From: Balanoglossus misakiensis | Lineage: Eukaryota > Animalia > Hemichordata | Length of the DNA stretch: 64,000 bases | Assembly: GCA_040954595.2 (NCBI GenBank) | Contig: CM082594.2 | Location: 3,953,319-4,017,318, forward strand | Direction: 5' to 3' | Shown: in pieces, positions 49,168 to 61,737 of the stretch | Numbering within the stretch: position 1 is the stretch's first letter | How the letters are laid out: each line of letters begins with the position of its first letter | Notes under the pieces: generated by a model | Databases searched by the model: none | What the model saw: the letters and a program-made list of their open reading frames with translations, nothing else | What the model was told of the DNA's origin: nothing | Program-made: the position numbers and the translations under genes

Positions 49168-52100
49168 AACAAACACACGGTGAACTCCACTATTTGGTGC
49201 TTTGGATTTGAAGTAGTTCCCACAGCACTGTCCTTTTCATGTTTTTGAGAAGATTATACGGTGCCATTAATCCTGAGTTTGGAAGGTCACTTTGGGCGCT
49301 GTACAGTGTGAAGAAAAGGTCCCTACTGTTTGGGTTAACCTTGGTCACTTGTTGGAATGTCGGCATGCGCACAATAGGAGATTTTGGGTCATTGTGTTGA
49401 AATTAACTCTTTTGCAGTTGGTGTGCACCCCCCTGTCTGGGTTTTTTAGAGTTCTTTGTCTTGTGTAGAGATCCAGGTCATACAATTGTTGGGCGGTCTT
49501 GTTTATATTTATTATGGAGGATGAAATGGTGCCTTGCCATGATATTACTGCGTCTGTGGATAGTTTGTTGTATAACGTTGGTACCTTATTTAATATCTCT
49601 GCTTTTTCTTCAGCAGTGATTTTTTTTCCTCCCATACAACATAGGATTGACAAAGAGGAAGAACAAAAGATATGCTTCACTGCAGATGTGGGTTGCAACA
49701 GCTGTTTGCATTTCTATTGTCTCGCAGTATAATAGATGATGTATACAGTGAGAAGTATGATTCAATTCAAAGCTCTGTAGTAAAATATAACAGAAATGCT
49801 GCACGTTTTCTTTGCTGGACGTTTACTTTCACAATTTCTTTGAGACAACCAGACATCTGAACAGAGGTTGGCATATGCACACGGACACTTGCCACAAACA
49901 TTCATGTATGCATAATGCCCTCTGTAGTGTTTCACACTTCCATTATTGAAGTTTTGAAAGAAGACTATTGTGTAACTTGTGATATTGTAGTCTTGAATAA
50001 ATGTCACCTTATTGCATTTTACAATTTGTGTGTGTAGTAAGTTTGTGCAAATTGCCCAATATATGAATGATGGTGTCACAGCTGTAGCTTGCAAGTAAAT
50101 ATGCAAGGCAAAAATACCTGGTCACATGGCCCAGTTTCCTTCCCATGAACTCAAAATCTTTTTAAACCAATAAATGCAAGTAGATACGCAAAATTTACAT
50201 TGGTGTATAAGTTGGCCAAATTGCAAACCAGTCTGAACTGAACCTAAGAATTCTGATTTTTTTGGAAAGTTCCCTATTGAGGGCGCCATATTCTGAGATC
50301 CAAGATTCACGCAGTGAAAGAGGCTACGTGCAGTGACTGAGATGGCCTATCTTTATGTATAAACAGCATTCAGACAAAAGAAACTGACCAATAAAAAAAC
50401 CTTTACTAGACCACTGCACACTACCTGAAAACAGAACAAAGAAACGAAACACAGCACACAATCTTTTCACTTTTGTATTTGACTTTAATGATTTTTCAAG
50501 AGGTTATATTGCAAGAAATGAGATGCGTATATCAGTTTCCGATTTACAGTGAGCTTTTATCTAGTTTATAGGGAAAATACACGACATTCCTTGTGAAGAC
50601 AAGTTGGCTGATAAAAAAGCGCCCCCAAGTGTTGGAATCTACAAGTCCATCCAACAAACACAAAACAATTTCAAAACCAATCAGGAAATACTGCCAACCT
50701 GCAGTATTTTACATCGTCTCGTGTTTCTACTTGCAAAACATTACCACTTGAATACAAAAAACGTCACATTTTCAGGTCAAAGAAGACCCTACATCATCAT
50801 ACCAACAAATCACAATCTCGCACCCCCCCCTTCTGCATATTGTCAATCAATATACATACAAACTTCATCATACCAACCAGAATAAGTGTCAAACTGAGCG
50901 AAAAACATGTCAGCTTTGCTCATATTATTTTAATAGTGGCCATACACAACTTCCATCAGTGATATCAATAATAACAATATAGTATATTGAAGCTTTTCTA
51001 GGCAAGACTAATGAAGCATTTTGAAAAAGATTACTAAGCAATACTTGGCTTATACATAATTCGTGGCAGCATAGCATATTTTTTATCATGTACATATTGT
51101 TTTGAAGAATTTTTTTTTACAAAATACAAAGACAAGTTATATTGGAGTGTTGATACAATGTTTGGCAACTGGAATACAAATACAGTGATGTGCAGATACA
51201 TACATTACATGCAACACACACACACGCATGCACACAGACATACACACACACGTCAACCACTGAACAGCTAAAAGAAAATTGTGCACACCCGTACAGAAAC
51301 ACCATGAAACCAGTCTTCCACCGTGCAGAGAAAACCTTGATCAGCATGTTTTCCATAACATAAAAGTTGTAGCTCACTAATGCTGAAGAAAAGTTAATTT
51401 TGTGATAATTTGCCATTTTACATGGAAACAGATTTCACTTCATGATCTTGCATGTCGCAACTTGCCAACTTTCATACTTTAATATTACATGAACTTCACA
51501 CAGTCCTCGAAACACCTGCATGTTGGAGGGATTCCATGTGTTTTTTGTATTCCATACTCAGGTTTTTATTACTCTTTTCTATCGCACCGTTCGTGCAAAG
51601 AATATTTTCAGAAAGAGCTGCCACAGACACACAGGCTTATCTTCGGAAGACCACACTGAATTAATTTACAACATTTGCCTATACAGTGTGGATAACGAGT
51701 ATACAACATGAAAAAAACATCAAATACAGGTTAATTGTGAGATGTCTCGGAATTGCCAAACCTTCACAGTTGTTCATATCTGAAGATTGCAAGGAGATCA
51801 ACAAAAAATTTAATACGCAATTTCTATATTTTTTTATTACATTGAACTAAAGCTGTAACCTAGTTGAATGTGATTGGATACCGTGGCAACTATTATGCAG
51901 CTAATAGTGTCGTGTGTGGCTGTGCGTACGTATGTGTGCATATGTGTGTGTGTGTGCGTGTGTGTCAGGGGTAGCGTGTGAGTGGTGTATCTCAGGTCAC
52001 ATGCTGACGTAGATGGCTCACATACGCACCGAGGATATGGCAACCCCTCTCTCTCTCTCTCCAAGAATTTTACAATGAACTCTTTTACATCCTGATTTCC

Positions 52101-52329
52101 AGAACTTACATTATTATGACAACCATGAAAAATTGATGAAAAAAAATCAGAGCTTTTGAAAATCTTGTTATAAGATCATGATCAGAGTTAAGAAATTCTA
52201 GCTATACTACCATCCCTGTGTGAAATGGGTTAAGTTTTTTCGCTGTCTCTAGGTCCTTGAAAGAAACTGCACATGCTACATTATATCTCTTCTGACATTT
52301 AAGTTGTATAAATGTAAATAAGACGTCTT

Positions 52330-54014
52330 TCATGGCTCCTTGGGCAGCTGTGTCTCTATGTCCACACGGCATATGGGACACCGTTTATTGGTCAATAGCC
52401 ACTGATCCACACAGTTTATATGGAAGAGATGCATACACGGCAGTCGTCTGAAAGAGGAACAAATAAAATATAAGCTATTTCATTCACGTTGTATTTTTCA
52501 TTAATCCAAAAATCTGATGGGAAGTTCAACTTTCTATGTGTTTCTATGAGTCCCAATAAAAGTGTGCAAATGGGTCACGGTGTGAACAATAACATTGATG
52601 CCAAAGTTGATTTACTTGAGTAGGACTACATCAATGTTTTTGAATATTTCCCATTAGTGTTGTGGCACATTTTGTATCTACTGTAAACCTACACAATACT
52701 AAAAGAAGTTATTCCAAATATTTTCAGTTTCTCTCCATTTTTTTCTGACCAGAGGTTTAACGGCAAAGAATTGAAGGATATCAATCATCTCTTACCTGAC
52801 ATCATCATTATCTTCAAATACTGACAGACATATAGTACATTTATCGCCTTCCTCTTTATCAGCCTCCTCTTCTGCTGGATCTCGTTTTCTCTGTTGGGAA
52901 AAAAATGATTTGACTCTAAATGTCTTTCTGTGTCTCACCACATACCCCACCTTATAATTTTATATAGCAGACGCTAACAAAAGTTTTTATACACACCCCA
53001 CCCTAAACAACACAGTTTCTTGGCAAAAGTCTTGACACTTCAGAATTCTTACCTTGTGGAACTTGTGTGGAAAGGTGTTGCGTTCTATGGTGCCTTGAGT
53101 GGCTCCTCTATTGACGTGACCAAGACGGTCTTCCAGGTTGACAAGCTCCTGCAGGAAAGTACACGAAGAATTACAGTACATGCAGAACGAATCAAACAAA
53201 AGCATGGCTGTTGAAAACATTTGAGAACATTATCTCACGTTCTACACCAATCTGTGTACTTGTATTTGGCCACTTATCTCTTTCTCTTAGTCAGTCAGTG
53301 AGTCAGTCAGTGTGTCTCTAGCTCTGCCTCAACTTTCTCCTGTCAGACTGTCCCGAGCAAGATCTGACTAATCATGTACAATCATACATAACCTCATCGC
53401 ATTATAAAATTAAGAATAAATCTAACAGCTGGAAATGAGTTTATCAATTTTGGCATCAGCTAATCTCTTGATTTTGCTTATAAAGAAGTCTGTAGCAAAA
53501 CCAAAACAAGAGAAAGTCTGTTCAGCTACTGAAACTTATCTAAGACAAAGGCACTGTCATTTTATCATGCCCCCCAGTGCCCTACCTCATACGTAGGTCG
53601 TCCAAACATCAGCCTGGCAGTTCTTGACATGACACGACCTAGCATCGGAGGATAATGTCTTGGAGGGAACGGTGGATGGGCCACTACATCTTGCATTTGC
53701 GTCTGCTGATGAAAGTCATATCAATAGATTATTGAAGTGACACTCACTAACGTTGGTTTGCTCGGATATGATACATCCAGAAAATTCCAACACAGTAGAG
53801 TGGGACCCGGTTTAATACTGAAACACCTCTTATCTGAACATCTGATTATGGCATAAAATGATTTTATGTCCCATTATGTTATGCACATTTATTTGAAGGG
53901 TCACTTTTCCAAACAAAAACAGCCATACCCAAGAAATTATTTATCTATACACCTCTCGTCTGCATTTATCTCACAGTGCATTGTATATGTTTGTATGGAT
54001 AATGATGATGATGG

Positions 54015-54050
<36 letters not shown>

Positions 54051-54053
54051 CAG

Positions 54054-54089
<36 letters not shown>

Positions 54090-54149
54090 CAGTGATGATG
54101 ATGATGATGATGATGATGATGACAGTGATGATGATGATGATGATGACAG

Positions 54150-54182
<33 letters not shown>

Positions 54183-54512
54183 CAGTGATGATGATGATGA
54201 TGATGAGAGTGATGATGATGATGATGACAGGGATTGCGCTAGGCCTCAAAATCTTGGGGTCCCTGGGACCCCTTCCTTGTGAAAATCAGGGGTCCCTAAA
54301 TATTTTTGTGGGTCCCCATTTTTTCAATATATTATAACACATACGTACTCGCCACACACTTACTGGCGAAGTCAACATCACAATTTAAGTGTATTTCCAC
54401 ATTTATTTTCATTTTCTATGAACGTTTCATTTTTTATTATAAAGTAATTTCCTTCTGGCTTTCTGTTCATTGAAGTTTGACATAGCTTGAGAAAAAGATT
54501 TTGCCAATCAAT

Positions 54513-54550
<38 letters not shown>

Positions 54551-55348
54551 ACAAACAATAAAATCGCGGAGGGAGAGCCCCCTGTGTTTATACGGGGAAC
54601 CACAGAGAGGAAGCGATGCATAGCTATCGATGTCAGAGTGTTCTGATCGTTGACGAGTTTTGCCCCCATATTTAACCCAGTCCAGCTACATGGAGTCGGA
54701 TAAATCAAAGATTTTCAAGCGAAAACGGGTGAAAGGATTACATGTACACCAATGAAGATAGACAGGCTGTAAAAAGCATAATCAAAAGCGAGAAATTTTC
54801 TCTTTTTTGCGGAAATCAAACACATAGAACGAGGGAGTCAACAAAGACACCCGCTGAACTGTCGAAAACAAGGTCGCGCGCGTTCGATTGACCGTGCGCG
54901 GTACATCGGGTCCACCGCTCGATGCAGTCGGCCGGCTGCATGGGTACGTCCCGCGATCGCGCGCGACCACCCGCTCTCGACATCGGCCTCTAATTAATGA
55001 CACATCGTTCACAACTTGTTGACAAGGCAATTGGCGGACCTGCCAAAGGAAAAACGAAGCCAGTTTTTCTTTTGTTGTCAGGAAAACTCTAACATGCTTT
55101 AGTCAAATGATTATTTCACACTTTGTTTTTGTTTACAAGTGTCAATCTTCTGGATTAGCAAGCCGTAAAAGCGTTTTTGAATAAACAAATTAAAATTACA
55201 AGACGATCATTAATTACTGCAGTGTGCGCTCAGCTGGGGTTCCCCGGACGCAGACATCAAAGTGAACCCGCGTCCCAGCAAAAAAGCTTGCGTCCCGGAC
55301 GCGGAATTCTGCGTTAACGCGATCCCTGGATGATGATGATGATGACAG

Positions 55349-55384
<36 letters not shown>

Positions 55385-58300
55385 CAGTGATGATGATGAT
55401 GATGATGATGACAGTGATGATGATGATGATGATGATGATGAGTGTGTGTGTGTATTTGTGTGTGCATGTGTACCTAGTGCAAGTTCACATTTCATCGAAA
55501 CTTCAAACTATCCTGATAAATCGCTTACCATTCCGTGTCCAAACGTGACGTGTATACCGGGCGCCGGAGTGAAGTGGTGCAGCCTGGGCGGTGGATGGTG
55601 ATAGTGGTGTAGATGATGATGTAAATGTCTGTGTTGATGCTGTACACCGCTGGCGTCCCCGTCGGCTCCCGGAGCCATGCCGGGTCCAACTGCAGCCCCG
55701 GCTGGTGCGATGCCCGGCCCGACTGCACCACCACCCAGGCCTGGCCCTACTGTGGGGGCAGTGGCCGCAATGCTTGCGCCGTTGGACGCCACTGCTGTGA
55801 CTGTTGCTTCTTGTTCCCTGTGAATTCATAAAATTACAGAATTGATTAATATACTTGTACTGTACCAGTATTTCTGGTTTCCCACTTGCCTTGTGAATTG
55901 TATAATTTGTACGGAGAAATGCCAACTACAAGAATTTGATATATTTTACAAAATAAGAGTGCAAATTTTCAGCAAAACCTGATTGTATGTCACACTAGAC
56001 TGACACTTAAGCCTAATCCTAAAATTGCCCACTTTGATTGACTGGAACATGGCTTCAATACCTGTTAACTACAAGAGAAACATACACAAATACTTGGTAT
56101 TCTAAAACTGTAACTTTGTGAGAAAACTCGGATTAATGATGACACACAAAATATCAGAAGTTCTTTGATAACTTGTGGGTTTTATCCTGCAATTTTTAGA
56201 GAATTAACAGAGGACTTGTTTACTCACTGGTCCGTGGTGATTACAGTTGCGGCACCTGCCCCATCAATGTAGACTGCAGTTTGTACAGCACCTTGTTGCT
56301 GCTGCTGTTGTTGCACCTGTTGTTGTTGTTGCTGCTGCACCTGTGCTGTCTGTATTGCCGCTTGTTGCTGCTGTTGTTGCTGTGCTTGCTGCAGTCGGTG
56401 CGCTTGCATGTACAGGCTTTGTGATATCCGTTCTCTTTGCCTGCAAACACATTACATTGTAGATTGGTAGATTCATGAGTGTAGGAATCAATCTGGCTTG
56501 TTGTTATTTTTTGTCTATTTTCACACTTTGCTTGAAAATAAATGTCACATCCTGAGAGATGCATCAACACACCAAATACTATGGTGATTGATCATAGGAT
56601 CTCAATTATGCGGTGGATGGACCTCAATACAAAAACATTGAGACACTCAGACGGACAGAAAACATGCATTGAGACCATATACGTACACATAAACATACAT
56701 ACATACATACATACACACGCACACATACATAAAAACACACACATACCCCCCCCCACACACACACACAGACAGACAGACAGACAGACTCCTACAGATGCTA
56801 GACATGGATTGGGGACATAAGTTCCCACTGCTATAGATGCATCTGGCAAACAGTAATGGTAATGTTTACTTCAGATTCAGAATATCTAAGTTCCTTTTTA
56901 CTTTAGACAGTCTGACAAGGAAGTGCACTTTGCGATCTGTTTCTCACCTTTGCATATTCTGTTGATGCATCTGCAGCCTGCGACGATGCTCCTCCTGCAT
57001 CCGGTGGTGTTGCCGCAGCAACTGCTGGTGGTGCGGCGGAAGGTTCTGATGGTACGGAGGCGGGGCGGCCGATCGCTGGGGATGATAGTGGACTTGTGGT
57101 GACTGATGGTGATGTAGTCGTGATGCATTGCTGCTTGGAGTAACTGTACAGGACAGAGAAAGATGCATAATGAAGAGCAAATTCTTCATTGGATTAAGTG
57201 CTCTGGGTGTGAAACTGGTATTAAACCATGACACCTTCCCAAATACTAGTGGGCATATAGCCAATTTTCCACCTCACTACAGTAAAAATCTACAGAAAAC
57301 AATCTGAAATCACAGCGATGTAGTGTACAGCCTTTTCTCCCAGTATGTAAGTCACAAATTTCACCACTGACAACGATGGGAGTTAGTTTTATTCAACAGC
57401 AGATTGACACTGGCATCCAATAACCGACAGAGAGAAGCGACGTGTCTTACATGCAGATTGTTCAGACTGACCACAAGAGGGCAAACTCTGATTTTGAGAA
57501 CGTTGCGGATGCGGGTGGTGATGGTGGTGATGCCGTGGTGGTTGTCGCTGTGGTTGCTGCTCTTGTTGCTGTTGTGGGTGTTGTTGGTGTTGGTGCTGGT
57601 GTCGCTGGCACTGCCTGACTGGTCGCTGTGGTTGTTGTTGTTGTTGTTGTTGTTGTTGAAGTGACTGGTTGCTCTGTTGTTGTTGTTGTTGTTGGCTCTG
57701 AGCTTCCACAGCACAGCTTAAACGATCACCTGTCGAGCTGCCACTGCTGTTTGCAGTGCTACAGTTTGTGCCCTGTAAAAAAACAGAATTATTCAAATTT
57801 AGTCTTTACTGTGATCAGGGGTCACGTATTTCAAGCAAGGATGTACCCATCCATCCATCCATCAATCCATCCATCCATCCATCCATCCATAAATCCCTCT
57901 GTCCATCTATCCATCCATACACACTTCATTCACTCTCAAACTTACATAGTAATTGTGCTTTAAACTTTGATACACATGTAACTTAATTAAAAATTTTCAA
58001 AGCTGATTATACATGTACTTTTAAGACACCTTGGCTGATTGATTTTTCCACAGGTATAGCATTAGATTTTCCAGATTTTTAGGTGATATTCTTTGCACAA
58101 ATTACCACAGATTTTAATACACAATTTTCTTCCAGATGTGAGTTAAGTTGACAACAACATACATTACTCTGCCAATGTGAACAAATTTTCAACTCTGACA
58201 ATAAGATAAGGTAAGGCACACTTAAGACACACACCTGTGAAACGAATGACGGCAGAAACCAGTTCAGCGGCGAGCTGTTTTGCGGTCCACTGGTCGGCGG

Positions 58301-61300
58301 TGGTGGTAGCGGCGCAGCAGCAGCAGCTGACTGCGGCTGCCGGCAGGTGTTGCAGGACACGATGCAGGACGGCCTCTGACAGCACGGAGCGGGCGACGAC
58401 GAAGAGGCCGACGGCGACGGCCCCAGCTGCGGGATGCTGAGGTGTAAATGACGTCGCGTGGGCATCTCGCGGGACAGCGACGTCTCGGCGCTGCAACTGG
58501 CCGGCTCCTGGCACTGCTGCGACTGGCCCTGGCAGTCGGAGGAGGCCAGGCACGACGGCGGCGGCTGCGAACACTGTTCGTGCGCAGGAGAAGGCAATCC
58601 GTCGGGAGCATCGGAGTCCGGCCGCAGCAAAGCGGGTTCCTCCACTGACGAGGCAGATATGGCTTCAACAGAATGCAGTCCACTGCTTCGATCAGATTCT
58701 ACAAACAAGGGAAGAAAAAAAACATACTTTCATCATGACTTTCATGTGTAAGATTCAAACATAACATAGAAAACAATATGACTGAACTACTTAGAGGAGG
58801 CAAAAGCACAGTGGTAAAGACATGAGGTGCCAATGGCATTGACCACGGCCATCACCCAACAGGACAGGGTGTGTTATTACATGCTCATAGACTAACATGG
58901 AAGCTAGTTATTGGCAATGCTGATGTAAAAAAGGAGTATCCCATAACACAATTTGGAACCAACCCTGCAATTCAGGTTGTTACATGTTCATAAACATGGA
59001 GGACACTTTTTGGCAATCTGATTTAAAAAGGAGTAGCTCATCCAAATTACCGAGTTACACAATATGGAATCAACCCTGAAAGTCTCCTACCTTCATCTGA
59101 TTGTGTCAGATCAACCACATCGACTGCTGCTCTGGCTCTTCGTCTTGCTCTAGCACTCTTGTTTCTGCTGGACTTGGTTGACCCGTGCTCCTTCTTAATG
59201 TATTTACAACTACTGTAGCCAGAGAAAAAACAAGAAATTTTGTGATGACTTGTGCAAGATTACTATCAGAAATATGAATTATATTGATACCTCTCAGACA
59301 CATCTCATCTACTGTATATGATCTAATGCACCTTAGTATCTTATTTCATGTCAAAATAAGAAAGAAATCTGCCTGGTCAATGTGTAGCAACACAAACCAG
59401 TATTGCATGATCCTTGCATTCAGTCTACCGCACTGAAATCAAATTCAATGATGTCATTCAGCTTGGATATTGCATAGTTTCATTTTCTTAGAACCAAACC
59501 TGAAGCTTTCTTAAAACAGCAAGGAAAGTTTTATGCTGCCTTTTCCTTGTGCAATGTTACAAATGGCAATGCAGTCAAACCTCTGTTAGTGGCCACCTCT
59601 ATATAGTGGCCACTTTGTTACAGTCCCTGTGCAATTCACATGTACATTAATTAACCTCTATATAAAGGCCACCTGTCTATAAAGGCCAATTTAGGAAAGT
59701 CCCTTGACTGGCCGCTATAGACAGGTTCGACTGTGCATGCAAAGTTTCTTCCTGCAAACAAATCTCTTTGAGTTCAATTAGCCTCACCTAACACCATTGA
59801 GCTCGTCGTCGCTGTCGCTGTCCTGGTCGTCAATGGCAACCACCTCCACATCACTGTCGCTGTCCGAACTGGAGCTGCTGCTGCTGCTCAGTTCAAACTC
59901 CATGTCGAAGCTCTGCAGGGGGTTGCTGGGTCCGGGCATGGGGTCATCGTCGATGATCTCCACCGCCGAATCGTCCAGGGAATCGGCGGGCGTCGACGTG
60001 CCCACAGTGCCGTTCTGCAAGCCACTGGTGGAAGGCGCACCGACAGCGTCTCGCGGGGAACCACCGAGTTCGCTGATATTAACGACTCCTCGCACATTGC
60101 CGGGTTCGTTGACGCTCACAATGTCGATGTCGGAGTCGTCGTCCGAGTCGCTGCTGTCGTCCGTGATCAGCCAATCCGTGGAGGACTCCATCCGGCTGCT
60201 GACGTCGCTGTGCGCCAGGATGCCGCTCGTCGAGGGTTCAACGTCCAGGACGTCGTCGCCGGGGAACGGCGCCGGCTCTGTGTTGCCGCGGGACAACGAC
60301 GGCGTCTCCGACGTGGCCAGGCGCGCGTTGCTCTGCGACAGCGAGACAGGCCGGCTGAACGCCGAGCTCTCGCTGACATTCAGCTCTGTCCTCTCCAAGT
60401 CGAACGTCCTCTGCCTGTGCGGGAACATGGGCATCATGGCCCGCTGCTGCTGTAAATACGCACACGTCGGCCGGAACGCCGTCTTGGACATGCCCAGACT
60501 CGGGCCGTGCATGTTCTCCTCCAGCCCGCCCACCAGCGGGTCGCGGAAACCCATCAGCGCCGGAGCGGGCGGGACCGACACGACGCCGCTCTGCTGGTGC
60601 ATGTTCCTCTCCGCGTTGGGCAGGCTGAGATCCAACACCTCCTGGGCGCTGGACACCACGCGCGATATGACATTGTCCGTCAGCTCGGCGGACGGGTAGA
60701 AGTTCCCGCGGCTGGGCGACGTAGGGGGTGCGCTGGAAGCGGACTGCGTCCCGGTCGTGCTGGTCACAGTTTCTCTGGACTCGACGTTCCCGTTACTGGC
60801 ACTGTGCACGTTCTTGTCGTGCTTACTCTTCAGTTTCTTGGCCTTGTTGCCGTCCTCGCTCGGCCGGCGACAGAACTGGTACTCGGCCACTTTCTCCGCG
60901 CACATCTCGATGCGCGACAGATCCACCGCGTCGTCCATCAGGTGGTCGAACTGCTGGAAAAACTCCGGCCCGCTCATGGGCGTCGACTCCTGCGAGTTGG
61001 TATCCAGGGAGACCACGTCGATCTCATCTTCATCACTCTGGTAGTTGCCATGGTGATCGCCGTTGCTGAGGATGCCTAGGAGACCCACAAGAGAGCAGTG
61101 TAGAATGCAGTACAAATTGCTGTTGCAAGGACACTTTTGGAAATAATACTGGGTAAAATTTATTTTTGTTTCAATTTTTCAAGCCAAAAGATACACCGCA
61201 AAATTTATACTCAAGGTTTTCTGAGATTAGAGGATGGGATTTATACTGATTAGATTTGAACTGTTGGCCACAATACACAATCTGCAGAAGACTATGAAAC

Positions 61301-61737
61301 ACCTCTTTGTATACTTGTAACAAATTACATGAAATGAGAATGAAAGTTTCACAGTTGAATCATGAATTGATCATAAATAATTAGCCCCCTTGAGTTCCTG
61401 TTCAATTACAGACTTTTCTGAAAAATGAAACACTGGCTCATTAAAACGGGACAGAAAAAAACGAAGCAGACTCTCTCATACCCAAAACTAATCATGTTAT
61501 ACAATTTGTCAGTCTCCATTGTCAATATTTCATTTCTGCATCAAATATTGATCATCAAATAAAACCACTCTTTTTTTTACCTGGACTTTCTGTATCAGTT
61601 TTTTCTTGCTCGGTGAGGAGTTCCTCATTGTCGCTTGCGGGTGCACTGGTCTGACACAACTCTGGAATTGTTTCAGCCGGTGGTGACACAGCGTCCAGTC
61701 CCGGAAAGACCTCTTCGTTGATACTGGATTCAGCCAT
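52330..61737 (-). CDS. RNF111: E3 ubiquitin ligase Arkadia (RNF111/RNF165 family), ~1158 aa; first exon(s) upstream of 61763, probably beyond the window
   Basis: Phase-consistent exons 61737-61581, 61075-59788, 59212-59091, 58698-58235, 57772-57451, 57143-56948, 56440-56228, 55817-55529, 53702-53586, 53148-53053, 52890-52796 and 52447-52330. SIM-like motifs including VDVVDLT, His-rich tract, [25 protein letters not shown] (NRG/TIER motifs), and RING-H2 [49 protein letters not shown]. Confidence 0.92.
53998..54227. repeat. (GAT)n microsatellite with recurrent GACAGT interruptions, left part
   Basis: Directly visible; intronic in RNF111. Confidence 0.95.
54228..55328. mobile_element. Non-autonomous hAT-like element inserted in the (GAT)n array
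   Basis: GATGATGA|CAGGGATTGCGCTA ... TAACGCGATCCCTG|GATGATGA: 14-bp TIR (12/14 matching) and 8-bp flanks. Contains an internal (CAA)n run at ~54514-54550. Confidence 0.8.
55329..55440. repeat. (GAT)n microsatellite with GACAGT interruptions, right part
   Basis: Directly visible. Confidence 0.95.
57847..57890. repeat. (CCAT)n microsatellite
   Basis: Directly visible. Confidence 0.9.
58872..59080. repeat. Imperfect ~105-bp tandem duplication
   Basis: TTACATG.TCATA...AACATGGA...TTGGCAAT..TGAT.TAAAAAGGAGTA...ACACAAT.TGGAA.CAACCCTG occurs twice. Confidence 0.7.
59572..59733. mobile_element. Tc1/mariner (pogo)-like MITE
   Basis: TIR CAGTCAAACCT / AGGTTCGACTG with internal GGCCAC-type repeats. 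Flanks are TG/TG rather than the canonical TA. Confidence 0.65.

Noticed and set aside
49230-49500. Looser G-U-rich stems with an ANANNA hinge (possible H/ACA RNA or more pre-miRNAs)
   Set aside because: The stems are short, there is no properly placed ACA box, and there is no homology to the four-hairpin family. Worth rechecking if small-RNA data are mapped.
53866-55548. Poly-D, poly-M, poly-I and poly-H ORFs
   Set aside because: They are intronic (GAT)n repeats; the RNF111 exon chain is in frame without them.
59797-61079. + strand ORFs of 300 and 190 aa
   Set aside because: Antisense shadows of the GC-rich RNF111 exon.
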